A stretch of DNA of 58,778 nucleotides from a virus (lineage: Duplodnaviria > Caudoviricetes), in IMG/VR virus record IMGVR_UViG_3300028025_003040, positions 1 through 58,778 of that record; one strand, 5' to 3'. The position numbers and the translations under genes were made by a program. How positions within the stretch are numbered: the stretch's first letter is position 1; each line of letters begins with the position of its first letter. Positions 14,444 to 23,414 of this stretch are shown piece by piece. The notes beneath the pieces are model-generated. The model was not told the DNA's origin. It ran no database searches and worked only from the letters and a program-made list of their open reading frames with translations.

Positions 14444-14644
14444 TTATACTTTTTTAGGTCTTGTTTTCTTTGGAGGCTTTGGTCCCAAGCTAGTTTCTCT
14501 ACGGATGCCATGTCGATTTTTATCAACCTTTAATCCCGATCTAAATCCTTGTTTTGGGTTTTTTCTTGTTGCCTCTTCACTTGTTACAGCTCCTGCTGGT
14601 GTTGGGTTTACTGGCGAAGCCATCCCTGTTCCATTATCGCTCAT
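14444..14644 (-). CDS. small basic hypothetical protein
   Basis: ORF track; followed by hairpin near 14408-14430. Confidence 0.65.
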   Translation of the reverse strand: MSDNGTGMASPVNPTPAGAVTSEEATRKNPKQGFRSGLKVDKNRHGIRRETSLGPKPPKKTRPKKV

Positions 14645-14792
14645 TAATAAATTGTCTTGTCTGCTCTGGAGTTGAAGTCATGTTTAAAGTTAAACCTGAA
14701 TCTCCATCTCTTGAAACATCAAGGATTCCGCCAGGAATATTTACAATCCCAGCCTCACTTCCTAATGCTTCGCAACCACATTCAATACACAT
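14634..14792 (-). CDS. small hypothetical protein (MCIECGC..., 52 aa)
   Basis: Read by hand. Confidence 0.55.
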   Translation of the reverse strand: MCIECGCEALGSEAGIVNIPGGILDVSRDGDSGLTLNMTSTPEQTRQFINER

Positions 14793-14794
14793 GA

Positions 14795-14941
14795 TTACTT
14801 AGGGCCTTGTGCTGTAGATTGGTTTGATACGTCTTTTGCTGGAAACGCTGGCTTTGGATCTGCAGCGTACTGCTCTCCAAGGTTATGTGTTCCTGCTGGC
14901 TTTGTCTCGTTAAATCCTGTTAAGTTTAATCCGTCTGACAT
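14795..14941 (-). CDS. small hypothetical protein (48 aa)
   Basis: Read by hand; AGGAG SD. Confidence 0.6.
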   Translation of the reverse strand: MSDGLNLTGFNETKPAGTHNLGEQYAADPKPAFPAKDVSNQSTAQGPK

Positions 14942-15298
14942 TTTATTTCTCCTATAGGTTTTTAATTTAGATGGTTCTAGAAAGCCACCTATACGACCAT
15001 TATAGCATTTTCTGTATTAGGACCTGTAGACCTTATCCCAGCATTTATTGCACATCTCTATAATTGTTCCTACGCTATTGATGCCTAATTTAGCCGCCTC
15101 ATTTGAACATCCATCAACTTTACAGTTATCGTTAAATTCCATTATTTTGCAGTATTAGACTTCACGCCTCTATAGCCAGTCTTTTTCTTATTCATTGATC
15201 CTGGTACTTTGCCGCCTGGACCCTTGTGATTGGCTTTTCTAATTTCTAAAGCTTTCGCAATCTTATTGTGATGTTTTCCCATAACTACCTTTCAAATA

Positions 15299-15330
15299 TA
15301 AATGGGGCAGGATTATTCCTGCCCCATTTA
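15299..15330. terminator. intrinsic terminator
   Basis: TAAATGGGGCAGGA-ttat-TCCTGCCCCATTTA inverted repeat downstream of the 16328 gene. Confidence 0.7.
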
Positions 15331-15335
15331 ATTAA

Positions 15336-16328
15336 TTACTTCTTGTAAGCAACCTTTAGCTTAGGGAACTTGCTGTTCCATTTCTTAGCAAGAGCATTAT
15401 ATTCTTTAATATAAGTTGCCTTTGCAAGATCTGCTGTCGCCTTGTTTTGTGCAACTGTTACTGTTGCGGTATCCAAAGCTAACTTAGTTGCTGCATGTGC
15501 AGCCTTTTCTGCTGCTAATTGTGCATTTAATGCTGCAATTTGAGCATTTGCGCTAGCAAGAGAATCTGCAATATTTGTTACTGCAATGAACTTTGTTGCA
15601 GTTTTTGCTGCAGCAGCGAGTCCAGCAACGTCTGTTGCTGTAATTGCTGTTGATAGTCCAACTGTACCGACTGCTGATGGTGCTGTTAGATCAAAAACAA
15701 ATGTTCCTGTTGAAGTATCAGATACTGAAACTGATCCTAGTGTTGCATTAACTGCTGTAACAGAAGGAGTAGATGTAACAACTGGGTTGCCAAATACGTC
15801 TGTTGTCTTTACATAAACCTTGTTAACGCTTGAGATATTTGTTGTATCTGGTGCTGTAAGAGCAAGGTTATACGCTGCTCCTGCTGAACCCTTGACATGG
15901 TATGTAATTGAGCTTCCAGCAAATGAAACTACTACAGTACCTGCATTTGTAGTTTTAGTATATACATAAAACTCTGCTGTTGTTCCTGTACCAGTATTGA
16001 TGCTTGCTGTTGCTGAACCAGTTGATGAGTTAACTGGTGCTGCGTCTGTATGTAACGCTGTTACGATAGTTGCATTTGTTGCAACTGCTGAGACTACTGT
16101 ACCTGTATCAAGTCCAGTAACTGCAATTTTAAGAGCATCTGCTGAATCTACCTTATTGTCAGATGGTACTGGCAATACTGATGGGTTAGCAGCAGTTGTT
16201 CCAGTTGAAACGGATGATCCGCCAACTGTTAGTGTTGTTGTTGCTGCATTTGCAGATGTAGCGACAATTGTTGTCACTGTCATGGCTGCAACCACGGCAA
16301 TGGCTAGTTTATTCTTGAATGATTTCAT
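15336..16328 (-). CDS. exported surface protein (Ig-like/S-layer-like) with C-terminal coiled coil
   Basis: Signal peptide MKSFKNKLAIAVVAAMTVTTIVATSANA; T/S/A/V-rich; AAGGAG SD; strong terminator. Confidence 0.7.
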   Translation of the reverse strand: MKSFKNKLAIAVVAAMTVTTIVATSANAATTTLTVGGSSVSTGTTAANPSVLPVPSDNKVDSADALKIAVTGLDTGTVVSAVATNATIVTALHTDAAPVNSSTGSATASINTGTGTTAEFYVYTKTTNAGTVVVSFAGSSITYHVKGSAGAAYNLALTAPDTTNISSVNKVYVKTTDVFGNPVVTSTPSVTAVNATLGSVSVSDTSTGTFVFDLTAPSAVGTVGLSTAITATDVAGLAAAAKTATKFIAVTNIADSLASANAQIAALNAQLAAEKAAHAATKLALDTATVTVAQNKATADLAKATYIKEYNALAKKWNSKFPKLKVAYKK

Positions 16329-16369
16329 TCTTCTCCTTATTTTATCTGCCTCTTTTGAGCACAGGGTTT

Positions 16370-16672
16370 TTATATCCAATCGGATAATTCTTTTATCATT
16401 AGGTGTTTTGGCATGGCGCCCACAATTGTTTTAATTGGAACCCCATCTTCAAATAATACCATAGTTGGTATTGAAGATACACCATATTCTTTGGGTTTGA
16501 CCTGATTCTCATCAATATTTAACTTACCAACTGGTAGGCTATACTCTGAAGAGATCTCGTCTAGGATTGGTGAAACCTTCTTGCATGGTCCACACCAGTC
16601 CGCCCAAAAATCTATTAGTATTAACTTATTGTTCTTGATTAATTCATTAAATGTTTCATCTGTGACTATCAT
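16370..16672 (-). CDS. trxA: thioredoxin
   Basis: DFWADWCGPCK, SIPT. Confidence 0.93.
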   Translation of the reverse strand: MIVTDETFNELIKNNKLILIDFWADWCGPCKKVSPILDEISSEYSLPVGKLNIDENQVKPKEYGVSSIPTMVLFEDGVPIKTIVGAMPKHLMIKELSDWI

Positions 16673-17139
16673 TTTGCCTCCGCATGTGTTGGCCAGTAAT
16701 AACTACATGCTTCGCAACATGTGTATCCAAGTTCACGGTAGTCTGAGTACTCATTATAGAAATAATAGGACTCTGGATCTTTCTCAAACAACCGCCCCTT
16801 GTGTGTATAATGAAGCTTATCGTCACCTAGCCACCAAGGCTTTTCTGACTCTAGCATCATAAAGTGTTCTTGATAGATATCATCAAAGGTTTGTCGTGTG
16901 CTGTTTTTATAGCCACGCATAATTATTTCTTTAATGATTGCTTCGTTGTATGTAAATAGCCAATCTTCGTGGCCGTTCCACATTTTTACTGCTGGATGAT
17001 TTCCCCATGCTCCTGAACTATAAAGTCCAGCTAATGACTTTAAAACTTGTAGGTTCTCAACGCTTTGTTTAATTAAACGCTTACGGTCTAAATGCTTTGC
17101 TGTTTCAGCAAAGTCCGCCTCTGGTAAGAATGTTTGCAT
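16669..17139 (-). CDS. pyrimidine-dimer DNA glycosylase / DenV-related family protein
   Basis: MQTFLP..F...A..LD.KRL.KQ.VE, HPAVKMW, PWWLG; promoter TTGACT-N17-TAGAAT. Confidence 0.75.
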   Translation of the reverse strand: MQTFLPEADFAETAKHLDRKRLIKQSVENLQVLKSLAGLYSSGAWGNHPAVKMWNGHEDWLFTYNEAIIKEIIMRGYKNSTRQTFDDIYQEHFMMLESEKPWWLGDDKLHYTHKGRLFEKDPESYYFYNEYSDYRELGYTCCEACSYYWPTHAEAK

Positions 17140-17180
17140 GATACCTATTCTACTAAATTAATTTAAGAGAGTCAATAGGA

Positions 17181-17402
17181 TTATTGCTCGTCTGGTTGAT
17201 CTTTTAATTCTTCTGCTGCTGCATTAAATTTATCCATAAATTTTTGGATAACAAATAATGTAGTTTCTTTAGAGTTTAATCCAATAGCTTTAGATGACTC
17301 TTCAGTTTGTTCTTCTGCTGGAATAGCGTTCCAAAGTTTTTGATATAGTTCTGCTGCAACTTCCTCAACTATACCTTCTAGAACTGTCATTTTTTGACTC
17401 AA
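17181..17402 (-). CDS. hypothetical protein
   Basis: ORF track. Confidence 0.7.
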   Translation of the reverse strand: MSQKMTVLEGIVEEVAAELYQKLWNAIPAEEQTEESSKAIGLNSKETTLFVIQKFMDKFNAAAEELKDQPDEQ

Positions 17403-18318
17403 TTAGTGCCTCCTTTAGGTTAATAAATTTACCACTACCTTGTCTACCTTTAATAGTTTTTGATGTTTTATCAATTAAACTAATTATTTCTTGATAAGAT
17501 AATTCTGGGTTTGTTTGTGTAATTGCAACCCAAGATGCACCAGCAACCTGTGTAGCAATAGATGTTCCTGTAACGCTTTGAATTATTTCTCCTGGTGTCG
17601 ATACATTCAGGGTTCCTTCTGCAATATAGTCTATGCGAAGCGGATCATGATTTGAGTAAGTTTTAATTCCGTCTCTAGAGCCAGCCCCTACTGAAATTGA
17701 CTCAGGTATACAAGATGGCCAATCTATTCTTCTATAGTCTCTGTTATTTCCAGCAGCCATAAATGTTGGAATTCCAGCCAAACCAAGAACTTCAATCATT
17801 CCTTGTGTTTCTGGGGTATTTGGGCAATAATTTTCTATGGACCTAAAGCTGTGACTTCCTTGTGACATCGAAATAGCTTTAATATTATATTTATCTTTAT
17901 TAAGATATACCCACACAAGAGAGTTGAGTATGGTTGCTTCAGTAGCATTTTGTCTATTATAATTAAAATCTTGACCAGCCATTCTAATAAATACAATTTT
18001 CATATTTGGATTAGTTGTTAGTGCTGCTGATACCATTTTTGTTCCATGATCAAATCCATTTTTTGTCATAGCATAAGGCGAAATTGTTGCTGCGCCCTTG
18101 CCTTCCATAAAATAATCTCCATTTGGACATGTTTTCCATTCCAAAATGCATACTTCCTGTGCAATCTTTCCTTTAAATTGCTGTACTGTTGTATCAATCG
18201 CTGTGTCCATTATAACAAGGGTAGGTTTTTCTATTTCATTTGGCTCAAGTGCGTTTGATCCAGTATTGGGAATTGATAACACCATAACGGATAAAATTAT
18301 TGTTATTTTTTTATTCAT
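17365..18318 (-). CDS. secreted S8 (subtilisin-like) serine protease
   Basis: Signal peptide; IMDTAI, HGTKM, AAGNN, GTSIA catalytic motifs. Confidence 0.85.
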   Translation of the reverse strand: MNKKITIILSVMVLSIPNTGSNALEPNEIEKPTLVIMDTAIDTTVQQFKGKIAQEVCILEWKTCPNGDYFMEGKGAATISPYAMTKNGFDHGTKMVSAALTTNPNMKIVFIRMAGQDFNYNRQNATEATILNSLVWVYLNKDKYNIKAISMSQGSHSFRSIENYCPNTPETQGMIEVLGLAGIPTFMAAGNNRDYRRIDWPSCIPESISVGAGSRDGIKTYSNHDPLRIDYIAEGTLNVSTPGEIIQSVTGTSIATQVAGASWVAITQTNPELSYQEIISLIDKTSKTIKGRQGSGKFINLKEALIESKNDSSRRYS

Positions 18319-18356
18319 GTTTATATAATACTAAAACAGATCAAGTCTGTCAATAG

Positions 18357-18527
18357 TTATTTTAGGCCGTCAAGCTTCTTTTGATACCATTTGCCAGCGT
18401 CAAGGCTAGGTTTTTCCATACCTTGTGACTCTAATAGATTATTTAATGTTACTGAATATAAATCTACAAGCATTTCTAGCCTTACTACCTGCATTTCAAG
18501 CAGTCTAAGTCTTTCTGATTTTCTCAA
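18357..18527 (-). CDS. small hypothetical protein
   Basis: Track ORF re-started at TTG overlap. Confidence 0.55.
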   Translation of the reverse strand: MRKSERLRLLEMQVVRLEMLVDLYSVTLNNLLESQGMEKPSLDAGKWYQKKLDGLK

Positions 18528-18838
18528 GGTTCCATTCCTTCTCTGTCTAAGGGGGTTGGTGCAGTTGCAATGTTTCCACATTCAACACAAACCATGTCTA
18601 AAAAATAAGTAGCAATTTCATAGTCATCAAAAACTGTTTTTACATACCAAACTTTAGATCCGCATGTACAAGCATGTGTGGGTGTGCCACGTAAATCTAA
18701 ACCAGTGTGCTCTTTATCTGATTCTGCCAAATCCTCTTTATTAAAAACAAGTACTTCATACTTAGTTAAAAAATTCTTAAATATACCTATTGATAAAAGT
18801 CCTAATAGGAGTGCTGATAACCTGTTTAACCACTTCAT
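18524..18838 (-). CDS. membrane-anchored Zn-ribbon protein
   Basis: N-terminal TM; DLRG.PTHACTCG...CVECG. Confidence 0.7.
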   Translation of the reverse strand: MKWLNRLSALLLGLLSIGIFKNFLTKYEVLVFNKEDLAESDKEHTGLDLRGTPTHACTCGSKVWYVKTVFDDYEIATYFLDMVCVECGNIATAPTPLDREGMEP

Positions 18839-18852
18839 AATACTATTATACT

Positions 18853-19413
18853 CTAAACTTGAATGTAAGTAAAGGGGGGTGCAACACTCATTGAAAATTC
18901 TGAAGCGGCTTCTAAAGCTGCCTTTAAACGCATTTTGGGGTTCTTTTGATTTTTTGTAGAATGCAATGATCCAAGTGCAAACATGCATCCGCTACCTTCA
19001 GCCATATAGTTTAACACATGCTCTCCCACATGAAAATCTTCATCTATAGTATATATCTTGCCCTCAACCCCAATTATAAAAATTCCTCCGACATCCTCAC
19101 CCTCAGAACTTGATCCAAAGCTTCCATATCCATTATCTTTAAATGCTACTTTAACCGAATCAATAAATTTAGTTCTCATAAATTTGTCTAAACCAGAGTT
19201 AGTTTTTGTAGGAGTATATTTTGGTGGACTCCAATTATATTGAAGAATTTGACCCATTCTAAAAGAGTCTGTGAATGCTACACCATATTGTCCAACTTTA
19301 AATACTTTTGGCTCTTTGCGTGAAAATATTAAACCGCTTTTTTCGTCTGAGGCGGCATGGTCTGATGCCATAAAAACGGTACCGTTTTGGGCTATGGCTA
19401 CTATACAGGTCAT
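18853..19413 (-). CDS. Ntn-hydrolase (HslV/proteasome-beta-like) peptidase
   Basis: N-terminal M-T-CIVA, ASD, KVF, AEGSG motifs. Confidence 0.75.
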   Translation of the reverse strand: MTCIVAIAQNGTVFMASDHAASDEKSGLIFSRKEPKVFKVGQYGVAFTDSFRMGQILQYNWSPPKYTPTKTNSGLDKFMRTKFIDSVKVAFKDNGYGSFGSSSEGEDVGGIFIIGVEGKIYTIDEDFHVGEHVLNYMAEGSGCMFALGSLHSTKNQKNPKMRLKAALEAASEFSMSVAPPFTYIQV

Positions 19414-19445
19414 ACTCCCAGTATACTATTTTTAAATTCGAAGGT

Positions 19446-19757
19446 CTAGGCCCCTTCTGGGTAATCTAAATGAATTAATGATAGCTTAATCAGAGTGTCT
19501 TCAAGCTCAGCCTTAACCTGAATTAACTGCTCTACTGCAGAATAATACTTTTCTTTCCAAGCATCTAATTCTTTTTCAATTTCATATAAATGGATTTTTA
19601 AATCCTTTAACTCTAATTTAAGGTTATCTTGATATCGCTCTATTCGTCTTGCCTGCTCCTTTTTAGATTCCATTCTGGCAGCGATAAGGGCTGTACCCAT
19701 ACCGCTTAAAATAGAAGCAGATAAGGCAATAACAATGGCGGTAGAGTCAATGTTCAT
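19446..19757 (-). CDS. membrane-anchored coiled-coil protein
   Basis: N-terminal hydrophobic helix plus heptads. Confidence 0.7.
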   Translation of the reverse strand: MNIDSTAIVIALSASILSGMGTALIAARMESKKEQARRIERYQDNLKLELKDLKIHLYEIEKELDAWKEKYYSAVEQLIQVKAELEDTLIKLSLIHLDYPEGA

Positions 19758-19787
19758 TATATATACAATTATACAGTATATATATAA

Positions 19788-20024
19788 TTAAACTAATAAT
19801 TCAGAAGCTGAAATCTCATTTCCGATATAACGCTTTTTTAGCACAAATTCTCTTACAGCGTCTGGTCCACCTTGGCGACCAGCTAAAATAATAACCCATC
19901 TAGGCTCTACTTTAGAAGTAATACAGGTCTCGCACATTAATAAGTTAATTGGTAACAAAACAGACTTTCTTACATTTAATTTATTTTTTGTCTTGTTACA
20001 GGAGTAACATAAAATCTTTTCCAT
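19788..20024 (-). CDS. Zn-finger hypothetical protein
   Basis: CYSC..CETC. Confidence 0.7.
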   Translation of the reverse strand: MEKILCYSCNKTKNKLNVRKSVLLPINLLMCETCITSKVEPRWVIILAGRQGGPDAVREFVLKKRYIGNEISASELLV

Positions 20025-20227
20025 TAATCGCCTTCTTCTTGTTCTTGATGTTCAAAGACTATTTCGTCTATGATAGCAAAATCTTCATTTTCCAGTAGCT
20101 CTTCGTATTCTATTCCATCTTTAGTATATTTTACAACTGACGCAAAGGCACCAAGTTTTTCTACGGTACCATAAGTGTTTTCAGCATGTAGGTAAACTAT
20201 ATTAATTATTTCGTAGCTTTCTTTCAC
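20024..20227 (-). CDS. hypothetical protein
   Basis: ORF track. Confidence 0.7.
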   Translation of the reverse strand: MKESYEIINIVYLHAENTYGTVEKLGAFASVVKYTKDGIEYEELLENEDFAIIDEIVFEHQEQEEGD

Positions 20228-20516
20228 CTGGTTTTCCTTCCAACTCGCATCTTACTCCGTATGATTCTATAATCTTTTTAATCATTTCAACATAATCAAT
20301 AACTCTTAATTTTAAAGATCCATCATACTGCGAAAAGTTATCTTCATATAGTCTTATGGCTAAAAACTCTGGGTACTCTACTATATCCATTTGTAAATCA
20401 TGTGCTGGCCTTTTTATTTCTCTTAACTTTCTAGCCATCTCTTTTGTGTAAAATACGGGTTTGTCGGGCTCTCCTGTCCATAAATTAATACCGTGCTGAA
20501 AATGATTATTTGCCAT
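20202..20516 (-). CDS. hypothetical protein
   Basis: ORF track. Confidence 0.7.
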   Translation of the reverse strand: MANNHFQHGINLWTGEPDKPVFYTKEMARKLREIKRPAHDLQMDIVEYPEFLAIRLYEDNFSQYDGSLKLRVIDYVEMIKKIIESYGVRCELEGKPGERKLRNN

Positions 20517-20817
20517 GTTTTTTCTTTAACCTCTTCCAGACATCTTGTGTTTTATGGATGTTTCTTGCTTTATCAATTGAACCAGAATTTAAATAAACTC
20601 CACCCCAAATTCCATGTTCATCATTTTCTATACCAGACTCATAACACATTTTTATAACTGGACAAGATAGACACGCTTCGTCTATACTTTTTGCTATATT
20701 TGAATCTGCTTCATATTTTTCATAAAATAAATTGGTATCCATTCCTCTACATACTGCAAGGTGCCACCAATCAAAATCATCTTTATCTATGCCGAGATCA
20801 TTTAAAATACTTGACAT
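20506..20817 (-). CDS. whiB: WhiB-family Fe-S transcription factor
   Basis: W...AVCRG.DTNLF, CLSCPVIKMC, GIWGG. Confidence 0.92.
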   Translation of the reverse strand: MSSILNDLGIDKDDFDWWHLAVCRGMDTNLFYEKYEADSNIAKSIDEACLSCPVIKMCYESGIENDEHGIWGGVYLNSGSIDKARNIHKTQDVWKRLKKKHGK

Positions 20818-21031
20818 ATTTTTTAGGCAACTTCCATATTCCTTCAGAGTTTACGGATACGTTCTCTGCTATTCCCCAAGCATCTTTTCTAAATCTGCCA
20901 CTTAAGCTTGTAAATCCTTCTGGGTTTTTATTCCAGATAACTAGTTTATAGTTCTCCCAAAATGATTCTTGGGTATTCTTTTTATATCTATCTATAAATA
21001 TTTCTACACCACGGTGGGTTAAATTTAACAT
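20798..21031 (-). CDS. hypothetical protein
   Basis: ORF track; promoter TTGACA-N18-TATAAT at 21097-21068. Confidence 0.7.
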   Translation of the reverse strand: MLNLTHRGVEIFIDRYKKNTQESFWENYKLVIWNKNPEGFTSLSGRFRKDAWGIAENVSVNSEGIWKLPKKYVKYFK

Positions 21032-21100
21032 ATTTTCCTAACACTAAACCGTAGCATCCCAAGTACTATTATACAGGAAAAGCTACGGCTGTGTCAATGA

Positions 21101-21883
21101 TTACTTTAAGAAAGTTCCGCCCCATACGGACTTTTTAATTGGCTCTTCTTTATCTTCTTTATCGTATGATTTTTCAATAGGTACACAATTTGGAACCATT
21201 CTGCCATTCTTTTCTTTCATGCCTCTTTGTGTATACCCTGACCAGCAAGCCTTTTGCATATTATCCCACTTATCTTCTTCTTCATTATCTGACTCATAAT
21301 CTTCTGATTTAGACATATCTTCAATTTCGGCAGAATCTTCTGACTCTACCTCTGGGACCTCGATCATGCCTTCAATTGCTTCCATTAAATGCTCTATAAC
21401 CATGCTTAATTGCTCTTTTGTAATTTCAGAACGTACAGCCTTGTTTATATTTTCATCCTCTGGTATCTCAATAACTGTTTCAATTGGATTAACTACGTCC
21501 TCTAGCATACCTTTAATCTCTTCTATAATTTCTTCTTCGTGCCCGTGCCAATCTTTTTTCATTGTTTTCTCCCTATTAACTATTTTACGTGACCAAGAAA
21601 ATCCTGCGTCTCCGCCCCATGCTAACCACATTATTTTTCCATTAGAAGGACTTTCTGCGTTATCCCAGTCTTTGCCTTTTTTATCTACTTCATGACGTGA
21701 AAAATAAGAATACATGCGTTTAACTGTAGAGAGACTTAAAGTTTCTCCTCTAGCAAGCTGTCCTGCACGAGTCCAGCCCACCGCTGTTCCAGCGCCTTTA
21801 GCTTTACCCTGCTCTTTTAATTTAATAGCACGACGTGCTGCTGATTGCATACCAGAGGTTGGTTTGTATCCTTCTTTAGCCAT
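21101..21883 (-). CDS. hypothetical protein, possibly head-associated
   Basis: Basic N-terminal domain (GTAVGWTRA..RHE..WGGDAG), acidic linker, CWSGY..GMK..VPNCVP module. Confidence 0.7.
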   Translation of the reverse strand: MAKEGYKPTSGMQSAARRAIKLKEQGKAKGAGTAVGWTRAGQLARGETLSLSTVKRMYSYFSRHEVDKKGKDWDNAESPSNGKIMWLAWGGDAGFSWSRKIVNREKTMKKDWHGHEEEIIEEIKGMLEDVVNPIETVIEIPEDENINKAVRSEITKEQLSMVIEHLMEAIEGMIEVPEVESEDSAEIEDMSKSEDYESDNEEEDKWDNMQKACWSGYTQRGMKEKNGRMVPNCVPIEKSYDKEDKEEPIKKSVWGGTFLK

Positions 21884-22026
21884 TATTTCTCCTTGACACT
21901 AATTACTTTAACGTTTTTAATTTCATCATCTACACCAAATATATCATTAGCATAGTCTAGAGCGTCATTTTGATCAAAGGCTTCTACTTCTGCCTCGACC
22001 TCTAGCTTAACTCTATATGTGTTCAT
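21883..22026 (-). CDS. small hypothetical protein (47 aa)
   Basis: Read by hand; coupled on both sides. Confidence 0.6.
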   Translation of the reverse strand: MNTYRVKLEVEAEVEAFDQNDALDYANDIFGVDDEIKNVKVISVKEK

Positions 22027-22029
22027 TTA

Positions 22030-22599
22030 TTACTTGCCGCAAGTTGGGCAAACTTTTGTCTTAGCTTTAGTAGTTTTTTGTTCTGCTGACTTGGGTGCTG
22101 CGCCAAACTTTGGACGACCAAAACCTACGATTGAAATTAATACCCCAGCCTTATTTTTTTTGTAAGCACGAAGTTGTTTGCAAACTTCTCCACCATTTCT
22201 TTGGCTTCCAGACTTCTTTGAAGACGTGTTTCCTTCTATACACCAAACGGTTCCATCTTCGTTATCCTTTACAACAATTCCTACGTGAGACACCCTATCT
22301 ACGCCATCTGATGGGAAATCAAAATAGGCTATATCTCCTGGCTCTGGGTCTGCAATGTCTCCATCAATCCATGAGTTAGCTTTCTTAAATGCCGTTACTC
22401 CTGCTGGGGTATAGACTGTATTAGGTATTTTTACTCCAGCCTCGTTACCACACCAGTTAACAAAACTTCCACACCATGGTTGGAAATTAGCCTTAGTGTA
22501 AGCGCCATATTTTGTTTCGTTATCTTTTGGACCTTCAATGGTCCCAATCTCTGCTGTAGCAACTTCAATTAAACGTGCTGCTGTACCTTGATCTGCCAT
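22030..22599 (-). CDS. endolysin, CHAP amidase/peptidase
   Basis: QPWCGSFV, PGDI, SHVGIV, IEGN. Confidence 0.85.
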   Translation of the reverse strand: MADQGTAARLIEVATAEIGTIEGPKDNETKYGAYTKANFQPWCGSFVNWCGNEAGVKIPNTVYTPAGVTAFKKANSWIDGDIADPEPGDIAYFDFPSDGVDRVSHVGIVVKDNEDGTVWCIEGNTSSKKSGSQRNGGEVCKQLRAYKKNKAGVLISIVGFGRPKFGAAPKSAEQKTTKAKTKVCPTCGK

Positions 22600-23009
22600 T
22601 AGTCCTTGTCCCAATCTGTATCAACTGGTTGTTCTGCTGGCATTTCTCCGTCTGGTTTTGCCGCTAAACGTGCTGCAGTAGCATCAATTTCTGCTTCTAA
22701 TTTTTTATCTGCCTGTGTGTTCTTGGCATCTACTTCTTTGTTTTGTATTTGAGCCGCCATAATGTCTTTAGCTCCTGAGTTTCCGATAAGAATTCCTGCA
22801 AGAGTACCTGTAATGAATGTTGCAATGCTACCCAGCACATTAAAAAACATTTTATCGTTCTCTGACTGTGCTCCAATAGGTTGTGTTACAAACAATAATC
22901 CATAAATAATTCCGAGTGCTGTCAGGAAAAGAATGCTTCCAAGAGTTATTCCTAGAATAAACTTTAAACGTGCATCTAAATCTGCAGCTGTTAATCTTTC
23001 TTTAGCCAT
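22599..23009 (-). CDS. two-TM membrane protein (holin candidate)
   Basis: Two hydrophobic helices; coupled to endolysin. Confidence 0.55.
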   Translation of the reverse strand: MAKERLTAADLDARLKFILGITLGSILFLTALGIIYGLLFVTQPIGAQSENDKMFFNVLGSIATFITGTLAGILIGNSGAKDIMAAQIQNKEVDAKNTQADKKLEAEIDATAARLAAKPDGEMPAEQPVDTDWDKD

Positions 23010-23217
23010 TTGTTATTTCCTGTTCTGGTGTAATAGGTGTAATTGTTATTACATCTTTGGTGCAAGTCTGAGAGGCTTCACATTCTGGGGGATTGCATTC
23101 TGAAATCTCCCAGTTTTTAGGATCTTGACATGGATAGCGATACCTGTTTAAAGAGTCACACCCAGTCAATGATAGCATTAATAGCCCAGATAGGGCAATA
23201 GTAATTAATTTCCTCAT
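23002..23217 (-). CDS. small lipoprotein
   Basis: Signal peptide with lipobox LTG-C; Cys/Pro-rich. Confidence 0.7.
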   Translation of the reverse strand: MRKLITIALSGLLMLSLTGCDSLNRYRYPCQDPKNWEISECNPPECEASQTCTKDVITITPITPEQEITNG

Positions 23218-23231
23218 GCTACTATTATACC

Positions 23232-23414
23232 TTACTCTGATTCTTTATTTCTAGCAGGGCTTGTAATTATCCAAAGGGCCGTTGTTGCTATAATTCCATA
23301 GCCTACTATAGTTTTTGCGCTTCCGTCCAAAACGACCCAAGCAATAAACATGCCAAGAAGGGTCCAGGCCTGATCAATTAGATCCTTGATTATATTTTTA
23401 AGTATTCTTACCAT
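23232..23414 (-). CDS. small two-TM membrane protein
   Basis: Two hydrophobic segments. Confidence 0.65.
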   Translation of the reverse strand: MVRILKNIIKDLIDQAWTLLGMFIAWVVLDGSAKTIVGYGIIATTALWIITSPARNKESE

